64,000 nucleotides of DNA from Azolla caroliniana (taxonomy: Eukaryota > Plantae > Polypodiophyta), in NCBI GenBank assembly GCA_043228905.1, contig JBHGNT010000006.1:7750001-7814000 (forward strand), given 5' to 3'. Of the stretch, positions 12,514 to 26,900 are shown piece after piece. Positions within the stretch are counted from its first letter, which is position 1, and every line of letters starts with the position of its first letter. The notes beneath the pieces were generated by a model, which had not been told where the DNA came from, searched no databases, and worked only from the letters and a program-made list of their open reading frames with translations. The position numbers and the translations under genes are program-made.

Positions 12514-15500
12514 TGTCAAGAGCCCCCGTAATTATAAGTAGGGCGTTGTCGTGTAAATGTGTGTACAAGTTCTATTCGAGTGGGACCACTAGGGCCTTGG
12601 ACTAGGGAGGACACACAGGCGCAGATGTTTGGAGCCTTGAAGGCCCAGAGAGTCAAAAGCTCCTAGGAGTCAAAAGGTCTATAGTGTCGAAGGCTAGCCA
12701 AATTCAAAGGTTGGTTAGACTCGAAGGCTTGTTAGAGTTGAAGGTTCCATAGAGTCGAAGGCTCTCCAAACTCGAATCCTTGTATGACTCAAATGCTCTC
12801 CAAATGGGAAGGTTCATTAGATTTGAAGGCTCGTCGAAGTCAAAGGGAGTGATGAGTCAGACCACGATTAACGCGCGAGGATCCAAAGACACAATTAACA
12901 TGAAGGGTTTGCACAATATTTAGACAAAAAAGGGGCCTCTCTTATGGGTTGAAACACTAGATTAAAAAGAATTCCCTTTATAAAATATGGTTTACAAAAT
13001 GTACATAGTGAATAGATACAATGGTGATAAAGAGAATCGTGACAATAAACGATTAGAAGACAACTAGGAAATGAAAGTTCAGGATTCAACTAAGTTCCTA
13101 GTGAAGGTGTGAGTAAAGTGGGCCGCCGAGACCACGACTACCTCTGATGGCTACGATGCCTCAAATTGGAGTAGTGTTCTCGGGCTACATCATCCTCTCT
13201 TTGAAAGGTTGGTGTGTGAGTTTACTGAACCCCTTCTTTGAATCCATCAACATGTAATGGTGCTCGCTAGAGAATTGGTCTCAGGGTACACTTGAGAATA
13301 ACAACAAGAAGAAGTAGAACAAGAACTAAGAACCCTAATATTCACGATGAAGAGGGAAAATACAGCCCTAAAACCTTGAGCACATTGAGTGGAAGGAGAA
13401 GAAGAAGAACTAAGAAGTGGAGAAGAGGAAGCAAAACCCTAATGGTACACCAAACCACAAAATGGGTGACCCGAATTAAGTTAAAGCCATCTTCTCCTCT
13501 TTTTATAGAGAAGAGAGGTACGCCTACTTTCAACATTTAATGCAAATATTTCTCAGATTTTTCTTCAAGAATAAAAGAAAAATTATTCCTTAATCTACAT
13601 TGCGCTTATAGAATCAAACTCTGCACCCATAGTACAAGGTCGATGTATATATTTTTATATATATACATGTCTTTTTGTGATGGTTAATGGACCCTCCCTT
13701 TTTCCACTTTCTACCTTTGGCCACGCCACATCATGTCCACGATTGGTGGGTACAAAGGTAGGCAGTCTTTGATTCCTTCATTTCTTGCGCCTCGCTTGTA
13801 TCATATTTGTTTTTCCATTTTGAGCACCTCCATTCTCTCCACCCAAACCACCGTCACCATCCTATCCACCATATCCTTTGCCCACAGTTTGCACCACCAC
13901 GACCGGTTATCGTGGCCTCGTCCACTTTCCCCGAAGCATAACCCTTAGTGCACCAGGCATATGCCACTTTGATTCCCACCATCCCCTTGGTCAAGGCACT
14001 TCGGTTTTCCTTCTTTCGTCGATCCACACTTGCAAGTTGTTAGGCCCCATCCAAATTTCAACTTTTACCACTCCTTGTAGCCCATGCTTTTGGTACATGC
14101 TCACATTTAGGCCCTTAGATGAACACATTGTATGTTTCCCACTTCATCCTCTTTCATGGCATGCTCTCGTATTAGAGCTGAGCATCGTTCTTTCGATCTT
14201 CGTGATAGTAATCCTCCTTCGAGTTGGATGTTGTGATCACATCTGAAGGAACACCCCTCATATTGTGCTGAAATGCCTTGGCCCTCTTCGTGCACCATTG
14301 TGCTTTGTTTGGCATCATCATCATCCTTTGCATCGGCTTCGACCTTCACTTCCTCACGCCGCCTTCTGTCTCTTGGGTCTTCTTACAATGGTTCGGGCCC
14401 GACTGTTCGGTGATGGTTCTTTCTCCACCGACTGATATGTCCCCTTCCACCATTGCCTGAGTCTCTAGGACTAGTGGGGAGGATGTCCCGGTGCGTTTGT
14501 CATACTCATTTGTCATTTTGTCCCTAGCTACCTTCGTCTTGGCATTGTTTTTCATGGCTATCTCAACTGTATAGGCCTTGTCCCTAGAGGTTTCAAACAC
14601 AACTCATGCTCGAAAACAGTCATCCACTCTTGGGGTGGCATTTGTTGCTTTCATGTTATCGGCCTCATCCTTGGCCGTCATTTGATCGCTAGCGGAGAAG
14701 GTGGTTTGTTCCACACCTTCTCCCATGGTACATCCATTGCACCGTAATTGGGCCATCGTATTGACCACATCATTTGTCCTCATTTGTCGGGGGGTGACTT
14801 CCTCCTCTTCCACTCTTTACCTTGGTTCCGGCTCTATTGCAGCCGGGCTTCCCCTTCACTTCAATTTGCCGCTTTAAGATCTCGTATGCCTCCCTCATGT
14901 AGGCTTTGAAATCGAGTACCATTGTACTTTTTCGTGTTGAGCTCTCTTCCTTAGGCGGCAATGGGTTGATCCGTCCCGACCTCCTTTGAACATTAGTTGT
15001 GAGTTCTATCATCGCCAATGAGATCCTATCTCCCTTCCATCGTGTTGTCGACATACTCTTTTCACTTTGGCCCAATATTTGGTCAATCCATTTGCACCAT
15101 CATCATCCTCCAATTGAACTCTGATGACTATTCTTTCTTTTCAATCGATCGACTTCACAAACATTAATTTAGGACCTTATCTACCCCCATCAGTCTTTGA
15201 TCTCGTCTCAAAAGTTGAGCAAAACGATGCTCAAACACTAGGAAAACATGTGTAGCACTTTGGTGGGTCTTCGTCGATGCTACCAATAGGTCAAATTTGT
15301 ATCGGCCTCGTGCCTTCGGCTCTTCATAATTGCACTTCTCTAGTATCATTTCCTCAAAGGATTCCCATGAGTCGTGAGCTTCTTGAAGCTTTTTGGCCTC
15401 TTCGTACCTCGGCTTGGCCACCACCATACAAAAACATTTGAGCCTCATTGCCTCGTCCACATCTCTCTGATTCATAATTTTGGACATTGTAGGCTTTTAA

Positions 15501-16671
15501 ATTTTTTGGGACATTGTCCCGGTTGAAATGATCAACTTTTCGACCACGTTCTCGACAAAATCTTGTTGTTCTCTTTCCCTCACCAACCCATCACCATCCT
15601 TGACATCATCTACGTGAAATCTTCTTTGGTTGTCATTATCCTCCCTTGGTGCTCTTTCACGTTGGGTTAACCAAAGTATGTTGTGTTAATGTGCATGCGT
15701 GTGCTACTCAACTAGGACCTTGGACTAGGGAGGATGCAAGGATTAGGAGGGTGCAAATGTTTGGACAAATGAAGGCTCCTAGGAGTCGAATGCTCGACAT
15801 ACTCGAAAGATCCTAGGACTTGAAAGCTCTTAGGAGTTAAAGTCTCCTAAGAGGCGAAGGTTCCCTAGAGTCGAAGGTTTTCTAGTCTAGAGTCGAAGGG
15901 AAGGCAAAGTCGAAGGGAGAGTAGAGTCGAAGGGAAAGTAGGGTCTAGTGGAAGGCAGAGTTAAAAGGAGCAATGTGTCGACCTCCTTTTCCCTCTCGCA
16001 AGTAGGCCAATAATTAATGCACGAGGTTAGACTTGAAACAAGTGATTAACGTATGAACATAAACTTAAGGATGGATAAGCAAGATTACGGTTGAGGAGAC
16101 TTGTTTTAGGCCAAGAACGTTTAGATTAAACAAGAAAAACCCTTTATAAGTTAGTGTGTACAATGGTTCGAATGGACGATGGATTACAACAGTGGTAAAA
16201 AAGCACTAACCACTGACAACAAAAGAAGACGAAAATATGATAGGTGGGGATGGTTAGAGCTTTTGGTGATGGCGAGTCGTGTGGGTTGTTGAGACTGCAA
16301 CTAGCTCCAACGGCTATGATGCCTCAAATCAAGGTAAAGTTCTCGCGCCACTTTGTCATCCCTTCAAATGACTGGTGTGCAAGCTTGCCAAACCTATGCT
16401 TGAAGCCTCCACGAAGAAAATTGAGCTCCCAAGCAAATTTGAAGCAAAAAACGAAGAAGAAGACCTTCTTTTTCTCATTTTCTTCTCTTTTCCTCCACAC
16501 ACTTTCGACATTTGGCCATGCCACATCACGACAACATCTTCATGGGTGTAGGGCGCCTGTAGAGTATGAGTAAGGTGTCTTCCTAGGTGCAGGGCGTGTG
16601 AAGAGTTTGAGTAGGCTGTCTTCTTGTGAGTCGGGCGTTTGAAGAGTGTGACTCAGGCATCTCAGGTGACA
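12514..16671 (-). mobile_element. Degenerate LTR retrotransposon remnant (gag-like fragments between two diverged LTR-like blocks)
   Basis: Shared blocks CTAGG(G/A)CCTTGGACTAGGGAGGA (~12590, ~15712) and GGCTA(C/T)GATGCCTCAAAT (~13149, ~16312); GAGTCGAAGG minisatellite arrays in both blocks; TGTCA/TGACA candidate ends; gag-like helical ORF pieces on - (15164-15487, 14770-15075). No TSD found. Confidence 0.55.
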
Positions 16672-17024
16672 AGCATCTGGATTTTGATTGGTTGGGTGTC
16701 TAGTGATGGAGGTTATGAGCTTTTTGATTGGCGTGTTTTTTTCGAATATGGATCAGGCAGTGCATATCATATGCGCCCTTAGCTAAGCACCCGACACCGT
16801 CCATAGCCGCGATTCCCTCACCAGACCTCTTTATGATTTGGGTGGAAATAGAGACGTCGGAGCAGAACAGATAGAACAGAACAAATGAATATGATGGGTT
16901 CTTATGTCCGGCAAGGCTAAATAGATAGATAGATAGATACATACATACACACACATACCATTTGAAATAACCCTTCTCCTTTTCCCTCCTCGTGCTATTG
17001 GCATACCGTATAATTATTTATGAT

Positions 17025-17134
17025 TAGGGTTTCGATTTCTCTTCCTCTGCCTTCTTCTTCTTCTTCATCCCTGTGTTATTTCTAAATTCTCCATATCCTT
17101 TCTTCCTTTTTCTCTCTCTATTTTTTTAGGGTTT
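17025..17134. promoter_or_regulatory. Two telo-boxes (TAGGGTTT) in the PRP4 5' region
   Basis: TAGGGTTT at 17025-17032 and 17127-17134, around a CT-rich leader just upstream of ATG 17186. Telo-boxes are typical of plant RNA-processing and translation genes. Confidence 0.5.
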
Positions 17135-17185
17135 ATATCGCTGCGAAGTAAGAAGGGGAGGAGCTTTTCCCCCTTGCTTTCAGCG

Positions 17186-20100
17186 ATGGCGGAGAAGCCG
17201 GTCTTCGTTACGCCCCCCCTCCTTCCTCCTCCTCCTCCTCTCCCACAGTCTGAAGCTTCAGAGATCGTTTCTGCTCAAGCCATGGAAGAAGACGAAGACG
17301 AAGACGAAACAGAGCCACGAGGAGATGCAGATGTAGAAGCAGATGTAGAAGACGAAGGCGAAGACGAAGAAGACGTGGAGGAGGAGAATGCTGCTCATCA
17401 CATGTTGTCAGAGATTGCTGCTCAGCAGAAAAAGACTCCCGTTCGACTTAAGAAAAAGAAAGAACAAGAAGGCTCTGTCGCAGACTTGTACGAAGTCTCA
17501 GAAGAGAGCAAGAAAGCCAAAGAAAGGCAAGAGTTAGCATTACAACAGTTCTTGATGGCACGAAGAGCAAAAGCTCTCGCTGTTCCAACCAACGATGCTG
17601 TTGTCAGAATCCGTCTTCGAAGCCTTGATCAACCGATCACCCTCTTTGGAGAGAAAGAGATGGAAAGAAGAGAAAGATTGAGAGAATTAATGGCTCAGCT
17701 TGACGCAGAAGGGACGTTGGATTCTTTCTTAAATTCTTCACATGCGTTTGGTGCTTCTTTAGCTGAAAATGGGGTTTTGAAAGAGGAAGAAGAAGAAATG
17801 GAAGAGATTCAAACAGCACCTTTTTATACAGAAGGAAGTGAGGATTTACTGAAAGCTAGAGTTGAGATTTCTAAGTATTCTCTTCCCAGAGCTGCTTCGA
17901 GGATTGCCAGCATGAAACAGAAGAGAGAGAATCCCGATGAAGATGAAGATGCAGAATTAGATTTTGTTCTCAAAAGAATGTCGCAAATGTCCATGAGTTG
18001 TAGCCAGATTGGAGATGATAGACCTCTCTCTGGATGTGCCTTTTCACCTGATGCTACTCTTCTTGCTACAAGGTGAGCTCTCTCTCCATCTCCTTGTACG
18101 TTTGTCTCTATAATACATCTATGCTATTAGTATGAAAGAAAAATGGAAATGTGAATGGAAAATGAAAGTTGTGATTTTGGAGAGACAAACATACGTACAT
18201 ACATATAGAGAGATCCACATCCACATATGCATCACTTCATTACACACATATATGCACATTCATATCCATTTACATATCTACATATGCATATTCAAATACA
18301 TTACATGTGTGCTATTTTTTTATGTTATTCATACATATAAATCAAATAATTGTTGTACTTACATATTGTGTATATTTCACCATACAAATACTTTGATATA
18401 TATCTCCATATATAACTAATTGGCTCTCCTTTTTTTCTCTGAACATGCTTGCCACTATTTGTGACTGAGTGAATACACTCATATTTATGTGTTTGAGAAT
18501 AGAGCATAGATACTTTATTTTAAGGCACACACATGGTATGCCAAGGTATACAGCATGTTTTCAAGGATTCATATTGCGAGTAATTTTAATAGGAGAAACC
18601 CAAAAGAAATGCACATTTATTGGCGCAAAGTCAAAGAAAGTGCATTGAATATCTGCATTCTGTAGAATATTCTTACAAGATCACCCCTTGCTCTAACTTT
18701 TCTACAGGTGTTTAGTGCTAAATCTTCCACTCCATTCATTTAAGTTGAGGCAACAAATACTTACTGTATACATAAAACGATGATAGGTTTATGGTGTTAA
18801 GTGCTAAATCTTCCACTCCATTCATTTAAGTTGAGGCAACAAATGCTTACTGTGTACATAAAACGATGATAGTGTTATGGTGTCTGCATAAGAAGATGAT
18901 AGGCTTTATAAAGATGATAATTATGTGTCGGAATGAAGAAGAGTGTCCTATATGTCTGGAAAGTTCTGTAGGAAATGGCAATTTAGCACAAGTTGTATCA
19001 TAGAAGTTAGTCTTCACAAATTGCCAAGATTACATTTGTCTGCATCCCTCGAATGGTAGCCACAGCTAACTATTTAATGTTGTTATAGACAGTCTTTTGA
19101 CCAATTATGTGCTCTCTTACAGTGGATGGAGTTGTGTAACAAAAGTGTGGAATGTTGAAGACATGGAAAAGAAGGCAGTATTGAAAGGCCACACTGAGCG
19201 TGTCACCTCAGTTGCGTTTTCACCCACTGATAGGTTCTTGGCATCAGCTTCTGCTGATCGCACTGCTATTCTATGGGATCTCGAGGGGTCACAAATAAGG
19301 AAGTTTGAAGGTCACCTTGATCGTTTGGCTCGCCTTGCTTTCCATCCCTCGGGTGCGTATCTGGGAACCGCGAGTTTTGATAAGACTTGGAGGCTGTGGG
19401 ATGTTAATACTGGTATTGAGCTGCTGTTACAGGAAGGTCACAGCCGCAGTGTGTATGGAATAGCATTTCAAGGTGATGGCGCCTTGGCTGCATCCTGTGG
19501 CCTTGATGCTTTAGCTCGTGTCTGGGATTTGCGAACTGGACGAAGTATTTTAGCTTTGGAAGGCCATGTCAAAGCAGTAAGTCTTTTCTATTTATTGCAT
19601 GATTTCTTTCCCGTCATGATATGTATTTGAGTGTTCCTAATTGATGAGTGAGTCAAAACGCCCTAAGTTTGGGTATTCTGATTTGGAGTTTTTGAAAACT
19701 TAATGGTATGTGTGCTATGCAAAATGTTCAGGCTACATTGTTTTTGTTTTTCCTTTTATGTAGCTGGTACATACTTTTCGGCAGTCATTAGTATGTTTAA
19801 AAACTGTTCCTGGCTATAAGTAGTTTAAGACACTAAAGTGAGTTACCCCAGTTGGGTATTTACATAAATATCCTGAAGCGTTCAAAATTGCAGGCATAGA
19901 AGTGAATAAGCCTATCTAGTGAAAATTCACTACAGAGGGCAATCCTTGTGAGCATTATAAACATATTGGGTATAATGGTGAATATTGAAGAAGTTATTAG
20001 GGGGTGTTATTGTTGTTTTCTCCCTTTTTACCTATCTCAAATTGTTTTTTCCATGTATCTTGATTGGGTTTTGGCCAGGTACTTGGGCTGGATTTTTCAC

Positions 20101-20702
20101 CAAATGGATACCATCTGGCCACTGGAAGTGAAGATCATACTTGCCGGATTTGGGATTTGAGGAAAAGACAGACACTGTACATTATACCCGCACACAACTC
20201 ATTGATATCACAAGTGAAATATGAGCCTTTTGAGGGTTATGTTTTAGCCACTGCATCATATGATAATACTTGCAGAGTAAGTCATCTTCTGAATTTAAAG
20301 ATTTCTGCAACATTGATAGTTTGACTGATTGTTTCTTTGTGAAAACATATGTTGGAGTAATTGGACTCAAATTTTCTTGGTCAAACATATTAGCCAATTA
20401 AATGACTTGCATTTTGCTTGGTAAAAACATTTGTTGATTGATTGGGCTGAAATTTGGTTATGCTGAAAACATTTGCAGATATGGTCGGCACGGGATTTCA
20501 AGCCGGTGAAAACACTTGCTGGGCATGAAGGAAAGGTGATGGGCATTGATATGACTGGCGGTAAGAACTTGGTTTATACTGATTGAAAACAATTGTTGCT
20601 GTTTTCAAGGAAGTTGATTCATTTTTTTCATGTGCAGATGGACAACTTATGGCATCTGTATCTTATGATCGGACAATTAAACTTTGGGCTGAAAATATGT
20701 AA
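17186..20702 (+). CDS. PRP4: U4/U6 small nuclear ribonucleoprotein PRP4 (LACHESIS-like; SFM domain + WD40 repeats), 561 aa
   Basis: Exons 17186-18072, 19123-19576, 20079-20276, 20479-20560 and 20638-20702 (all GT-AG, 1686 nt, in frame). SFM motif VPTNDAVVRIRLRSLDQPITLFGE..ERRERLR; WD40s GHLDRLARLAFHPSG, LLLQEGHSRSVY, RVWDLRTGRSILALEGH, SVSYDRTIKLW. Confidence 0.95.
18714..18885. repeat. 86-bp tandem duplication in PRP4 intron 1
   Basis: AGTGCTAAATCTTCCACTCC...GATGATAG..TATGGTGT starts at 18714 and again at 18800. Confidence 0.85.
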
Positions 20703-21770
20703 AAAAACGAAAAAAGAAAACTGCTAGTGTTGCCAACATATGCATATCCAGAAATCAGGAAATGATTTGCCTTTCTTTGTCAGAGTCCTAAACTGATCTA
20801 GTGCTTACAACTTTGTATACAATCAGGATTAAAATTTGTGGATTCTTTTTGAAAGCTAAAATATCTGAAAGACCATTATAACTACACTGCTCTCTTGGCT
20901 GAGGCCAAGTTGTGCTGAGAACTGAGGTTCAAGGCGAGGATTCATTTAGCCAGTGATGAAATACTACATACTTGATTTGAATCATCACAGATATAAACTC
21001 TTATCATTCTTTTGTTGTAGAGATTACTGTTGTGAGATTTTTTTGATTGGTGCTAATACACCTTGAGTATCTTGGAGAAGGTTCGTTGAAATTTGGCATT
21101 CTGAGAAAACATACATTTCTGCATCATCACATACCAATTGTATTTCAAGTTCTGGGGACCAACGTACAAATAATGTTTCCCTGTACCCATCAATGCTTAA
21201 TATGTCCATCCAGGTTCTGTGTGTTTCTATTCTTATAAGGAATACCAACCATGTGTAAAGATTGGAAGCAGAGATGAGGGTCATATAAAAGAATATGTTA
21301 TTCAGTAGCTAAAAATTTTCATTGATGGAATTTGGATGAAAACAATGCTTTATTCAGCAGCTAGGATTCTTTTTGATGATAATATCCACTTACACATTGA
21401 TCCTTATTGGCATCATTGATCCACCTAATTTTTGTTGCTGATGGATGTGAACTCTTAAGGGTCAATTGCAATTACCTCTTGGATGACTACGATATTCCAT
21501 GTTAGCTACCATGTTATTTGGAAATATGAAACATTAAGAGACAGAGTACAGATGGTGAAGATGATTGCACAAATTTAGCACTAAGCTAGAAACTAATTAT
21601 GAACAGTAAATAAGTAAACACGTATTTCAGGCATCCCAATATGCAAATGGATTATAAGATGTGAAGGGTTGAAATGATAAGAATAATCTTATTATATGCC
21701 AAGTTAGTATATGAATTTGGTTTCGTTTCTACTTTTACAGACTAAATGGCTCTCATTGGGGTTTTTGTTA

Positions 21771-23737
21771 TCACTTGTAGAATCTATGCCCATATTTAGC
21801 TGCACTCTAGTGCCATGGCTATGTTTGAGCCGACATTATGGATTTATGCGAGTGAAAGAATCTATTATGTTCATTCATGTTGCAGTTGTACTCAGAGTTG
21901 GGAATTGTTTACATGCTTTGTGGCCTCATGTTAGGATTATACATTTCCGGTCAAAACTCATTGAGAAGCATATGGAGCTATACAATAACCTTTACATGTA
22001 CTCTACACGATTATTGTTTACATTCTATGACTTGCATTATTGTTTTACTCGTCCTACATTTGATAAAATGCAATAACCTTTTAGATCACCCCCTTAATTG
22101 TCTTGGTAATCTCCCTAACTACTGTGTTGAAGTTAATAAGGCTATACAATCATGCTAACATTTAGAGTACACGTTGGACTACTATCACCTTGATGTATAG
22201 CATTTCCAAAATAGTGCAAGTCCATCCCAATCCTTTAACACTTCCACATAGTATAATCATGGTAATTTCCAAACAAGGTATGACACGCCTTGTCTAATTA
22301 ACTAGTCTACTTAGACGCGCACATCAATAACAAGTGTCATCCCAAATCAAAACTAATATGTGTCCTAACTTGGTTAAGTTATCGGAGGTATCTAATAACA
22401 TTCGATGATATCATTCCTAGGTTGTGCCCATCATTTTAGAAATTAGTACAAATTATTGCATGACAATATGATATCTCCAACAATCACCTACGAAGACGTT
22501 TTAATGTGGATAGTGCAAGTGGACGCGAACAATTCAACAATGTTCTAGGAATGTCATCATTTTTGTTGTCTTCATATTTGTTTGAGGCTGTTTAAAGAGT
22601 TTCCTGCACAAGAACGAGAATGTCCAATAGTTCCATTGATACAAAAACACACTAATAATGGATGTTGTCACAATAATATATGTATGTAGTATAGCGGTTA
22701 CACCAATGTGTATGAAAATATCATGGGTAAAACTAGTAGTGGGTCTTTTCTTCTCACTTGTAGAATCTATGCTCAAAGTTAGTTGCACTCTAGTGCCATG
22801 GCTATGTTTGAGCCTACATTGTGGATTTATGCGAGTGATTTGAATCTATTATGTTCATTCATGTTACAGTTGTACTCAGAATTGGGAATTGTTTAGATGC
22901 TTGTGGCCTCATGTTAGGATTATACATTTGTGGTCAACACTCATTGAGAAGCATATGGAGCTATACAATAACCTTTACGTGTACTCTACACAATTATTGT
23001 TTACATGCTATGCTACACTTGCATTATTGTTTTACTTGTCCTACATTTGATAAAATGCAATAACCTTTTAGATCACCCCCTTAATTGTCTTGGTAATCTC
23101 CCTAACTACTGTGTTGAAGTTAATAAGGCTATACAATCATGCTAACATTTAGAGTACAAGTTGGACTACTATCACCTTGATGTATAGCATTTCCAAAATA
23201 GTGCAAGTCGGTCCTAATCCTTTAACACTTCCACATAGTATAATCATGGTAATTTCCAAACAAGGTACGACACACCTTGTCGAATTAACTAGTCTACTTA
23301 GAGGTGCACATCAATAACAAGTGTCATCCCAAATCAAAACTAATATGTGTCCTAACTTGGTTAAGTTATCAGAGGTATCTAATAACATTTGGTGATATCA
23401 TTCCTAGGGTGTGCACATCATTTTAGAAATTAGTACAAATTGTTGTATGACAATATGATATCTCCAACAATCACCTACGAAGACGGTTTAATGTGGACAG
23501 TGCAAATGGACGCGAATGATTCAACAATGTTCTAGGAATGTCATCATTTCTGCTGTCTTCATATTTGTCCGAGGCTGTTTAAAGAGTTCCCCACACGAGA
23601 ACAAGAATGTCCAATAGTTCCATTGATACAAAAACACACTAATAATAACGGATGTTGTCACAATAATATATGTATGTAGTATAGCGGTTACACCAATTGT
23701 GTATGAAAATATCATGGGTAAAAACTAGTAGTGGGTC
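21771..23737. repeat. ~983-bp head-to-tail tandem duplication between the convergent PRP4 and euANT 3' ends
   Basis: TCACTTGTAGAATCTATGC starts at 21771 and 22754, and both copies end AAACTAGTAGTGGGTC (~22745, ~23737). The copies are colinear throughout, with scattered substitutions and small indels. Confidence 0.92.
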
Positions 23738-23918
23738 ACACTAAATGTATATAGAGAGAGAGACATTTAAGACTAATAAATGGGTCATCGATATACATAA
23801 ACTGCTTAGGGTGTGTGTGCGCTTCACCTTTTAAAAATATCACCATGCCGGAGGAGGAGAGAAAAACTCGAGCTATTTTTCCATTACAAGTAAACTGTTA
23901 TATTATGTAAGAATCAAA

Positions 23919-26900
23919 TCAATCATGAATGTTGTGATGATTCCATGATGCAGGCGCAAACATATTGGGTTTCGTTGTAGGATGATTAAAAGCAGCACCC
24001 TGCTGAGGAAGATTAACCATCCAATTGCCTGCGGCATGAATACTAGCTGTACCACTATTATTAGGATTAGTATTACTATTGTTAGTAGTATGAGTATAGT
24101 TCTCACTACTTTGCCCATACAACAAATTAGGTTTCATAAAGCTATTGTTATAAGAAACCAGTGTGCTGCCTGCATGATGATGATGGTGGTGGTGGTGATC
24201 ATCATCATCCCTAGTATGATTAGTTGTTGATGGATTAGTTGGTTGCATCATCATATGTTGCCCCATGTAGTTATACAACACATGATTCCTTGCTATCATG
24301 TCATTGTTACTTCCACTGCTACCACTGCTACTATTATTATTGTTATGATTATTACTATTATTGTTATTGTTAACTTGTACACCTGAGCTCAGTACTCCTC
24401 CCCCTCGATCCAACGACATTATGTTGCCCGCGGCCACGGCCTTCATGATGGACAGATTGGTCGGCATCATCGCCCCGCGCCTCTGTCCCTCGTGAATATC
24501 GACCACAGATTCACTCCCTTCGGATAAACTGTTGCAGTACATATTGTTGCTAGACATGCTTAGTATATTGGATGGAGGCGCGGCGGCGGCGGCTTGTACC
24601 AATGAGCTACCCGAATCCATGATCCCAACCTGCACATTGCCTAAATTCGCATTCGGAGCTGCGGTTAGGAACATATTCGATCCATGTTGTTGTTGTTGTT
24701 GTTGTAAGGAAGCCGGCCCACCACCCGAGCCTGATGAGTTGTGAATATTCCCATTTATGCCCATGTTAGTACACTCTTGTGATCCTCCTAGTGCTGGCTC
24801 ATCTTGGAAATAGTTGTGCATTAAGTTCAGTTGGGCACCCATTAATGCTCCCCCACCTCCGTGCCCCGTCGTCGTCGTCGACAATCCCGAGACGCTTGAC
24901 AAAGATGGCACGGCCGTATGGGTCTGAAAGAATCTCATATAGTTCGCCGATGGCTGCATGTATGGGCTCGACATTAAGCTCGTCTGATGATCCCGAGGCT
25001 TAAGATCAGCGGATTTAGAATGATTCGGATCGTCAGGCCATAGTCTTTGTTGATATGCTAGTTGTTGATAGTTGTATGCAGCACTAGGAAGTGGTACTTG
25101 TTGTGTATACCCTAGTAATTGCCACTCCTGAGGCCCGGCACTAGAACCATACAAGCTAGCTAGCTCCGTTTCGAGCCGAAAAGTATCCTTCCCAGCTTGG
25201 ATGACATTCAATGTCTCGGCGGTAGACTCGTCTTTGATGCGTTTCGCGAGTGCGTTGATCGGGAGCTGCTCGTTATTACTGGAGCAAATCTTGGCTATGT
25301 CATATCGGCTCATGTCAAAGTTTGTGACCGCATTCACGCCTCGGAACTTGATGGCTGCAATGTCGTACGCTTCAGCAGCCTCCTCTTGAGTGCCTGGAAA
25401 TATTTTAAGCAAAGCAAAGGATTCGTCCATTTCCATGAGACCATCATCATTGGCAACATAACACTATAATACATTATTTCTCAATTAATCAAATTGATAC
25501 TATGGCCGCGAAGATGTGATGGGGCGGTGTATAGGTTAATGGCTACCTTATATACAGCAAGATTGACATTGTTTAATTTTTCCCAGCACAGATCAGCAAC
25601 ATAACAACACTATAATACATTATTTCTTAATCAAATCAATACTATGGCCGAGATGATGTGATCAGTGGTGCATAAGTTAACGGCTACCTTATATATAACA
25701 AGATTGACATTGTTTAATTTTCCCAGAACAGGAAGCTGTGGAGTTGTGCATGATGGCATTTTCGTATTTTAAACACACGGGAAGGCAATGCCAATGAATG
25801 GAAATAATGATTTGCATTAAGAGACTGGAAAATAGATTTGCACTTACTGAATGTTCCGAGGTATAAGTCTTTGTTTCCTGCGACACGTCCAATCCTAGCT
25901 TGCCAACGACCGTGTTGATGATGCCTGTTAAGTTAAGCACATTGCTGCATTACATACATTTATAAAACTAACAATACATATAGATATGCTTTTAAATATG
26001 TTGGAAGCTTTATAAGTTACAAAGCTCATATATTGGCCACCAATCCACATATATTGGAGTTTAGCTGGATCTAATTCTTTGTGGTATATGTAAAAATCTT
26101 GATCAGATCTGGATTACCTCGTGACACCTCTGTATTTGGATGCACCCCTAGAGAAGCCGCTACTATTCCTGCAATCAGAAAAGTTGAAGGAAATGAGAAT
26201 CTGGAACTGCAGGTATACACAATATACAACTAGTTATGACCACATATTTTAGTATTATGACATTTTTGGCATGCCAATGTATTTATCCTTCTCTCGCATG
26301 ATTTGGTATTTGTACATTAACATTACTGTATGTATACATTTTAACATTGCCGAACCGACCTTCGCAGATAAGCGATAAACTCTTGGCGCGTCATGTTCTT
26401 CATTTCCTCCAATTCCTTTTCGTAGTTCGAGAGCTGTAAAATATTATCGGAGAAGAAGAGGCTAATACTTAATCAAGAGATCGAGCGAAAAAAAGATTCA
26501 AACAGAAGATCTCGGTTTTAACAGAGTTATAATCATATAAAGGACTACTTACTATACACTATTCCACTACAGGCCATATGGATGGATGTAAGTGGACATA
26601 TTTGTGTCATGCTTGGCTCTAGGAAGGATAGATAGATGCATTTCTCATGAATTTTTGATACCACCATTGTAATGACGCAGATTAGTATGTATACTATTGT
26701 TTTGATTTTGAAAACATATATATCTAGATGAATTGCGGCTTGCTTACCGGGAAGTTGATAGTGGTAGTTGGTCCCCAATATTTCAAAGCCGCGAGATCAT
26801 AAGACCTTGCGGCCTTATCTTCTTTGTCGTACCCCCCTGCGCGGAAACAAAACGTTAAGAAAATGAGTCAAGATCCCATTGCAGGATATAATTGTATATT

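Noticed and set aside
12640-12850. Regularly spaced short repeats superficially like a CRISPR array (also 15770-15960 and 58771-58925)
   Set aside because: Units are degenerate tandem minisatellites without unique spacers, in eukaryotic DNA with no cas genes.
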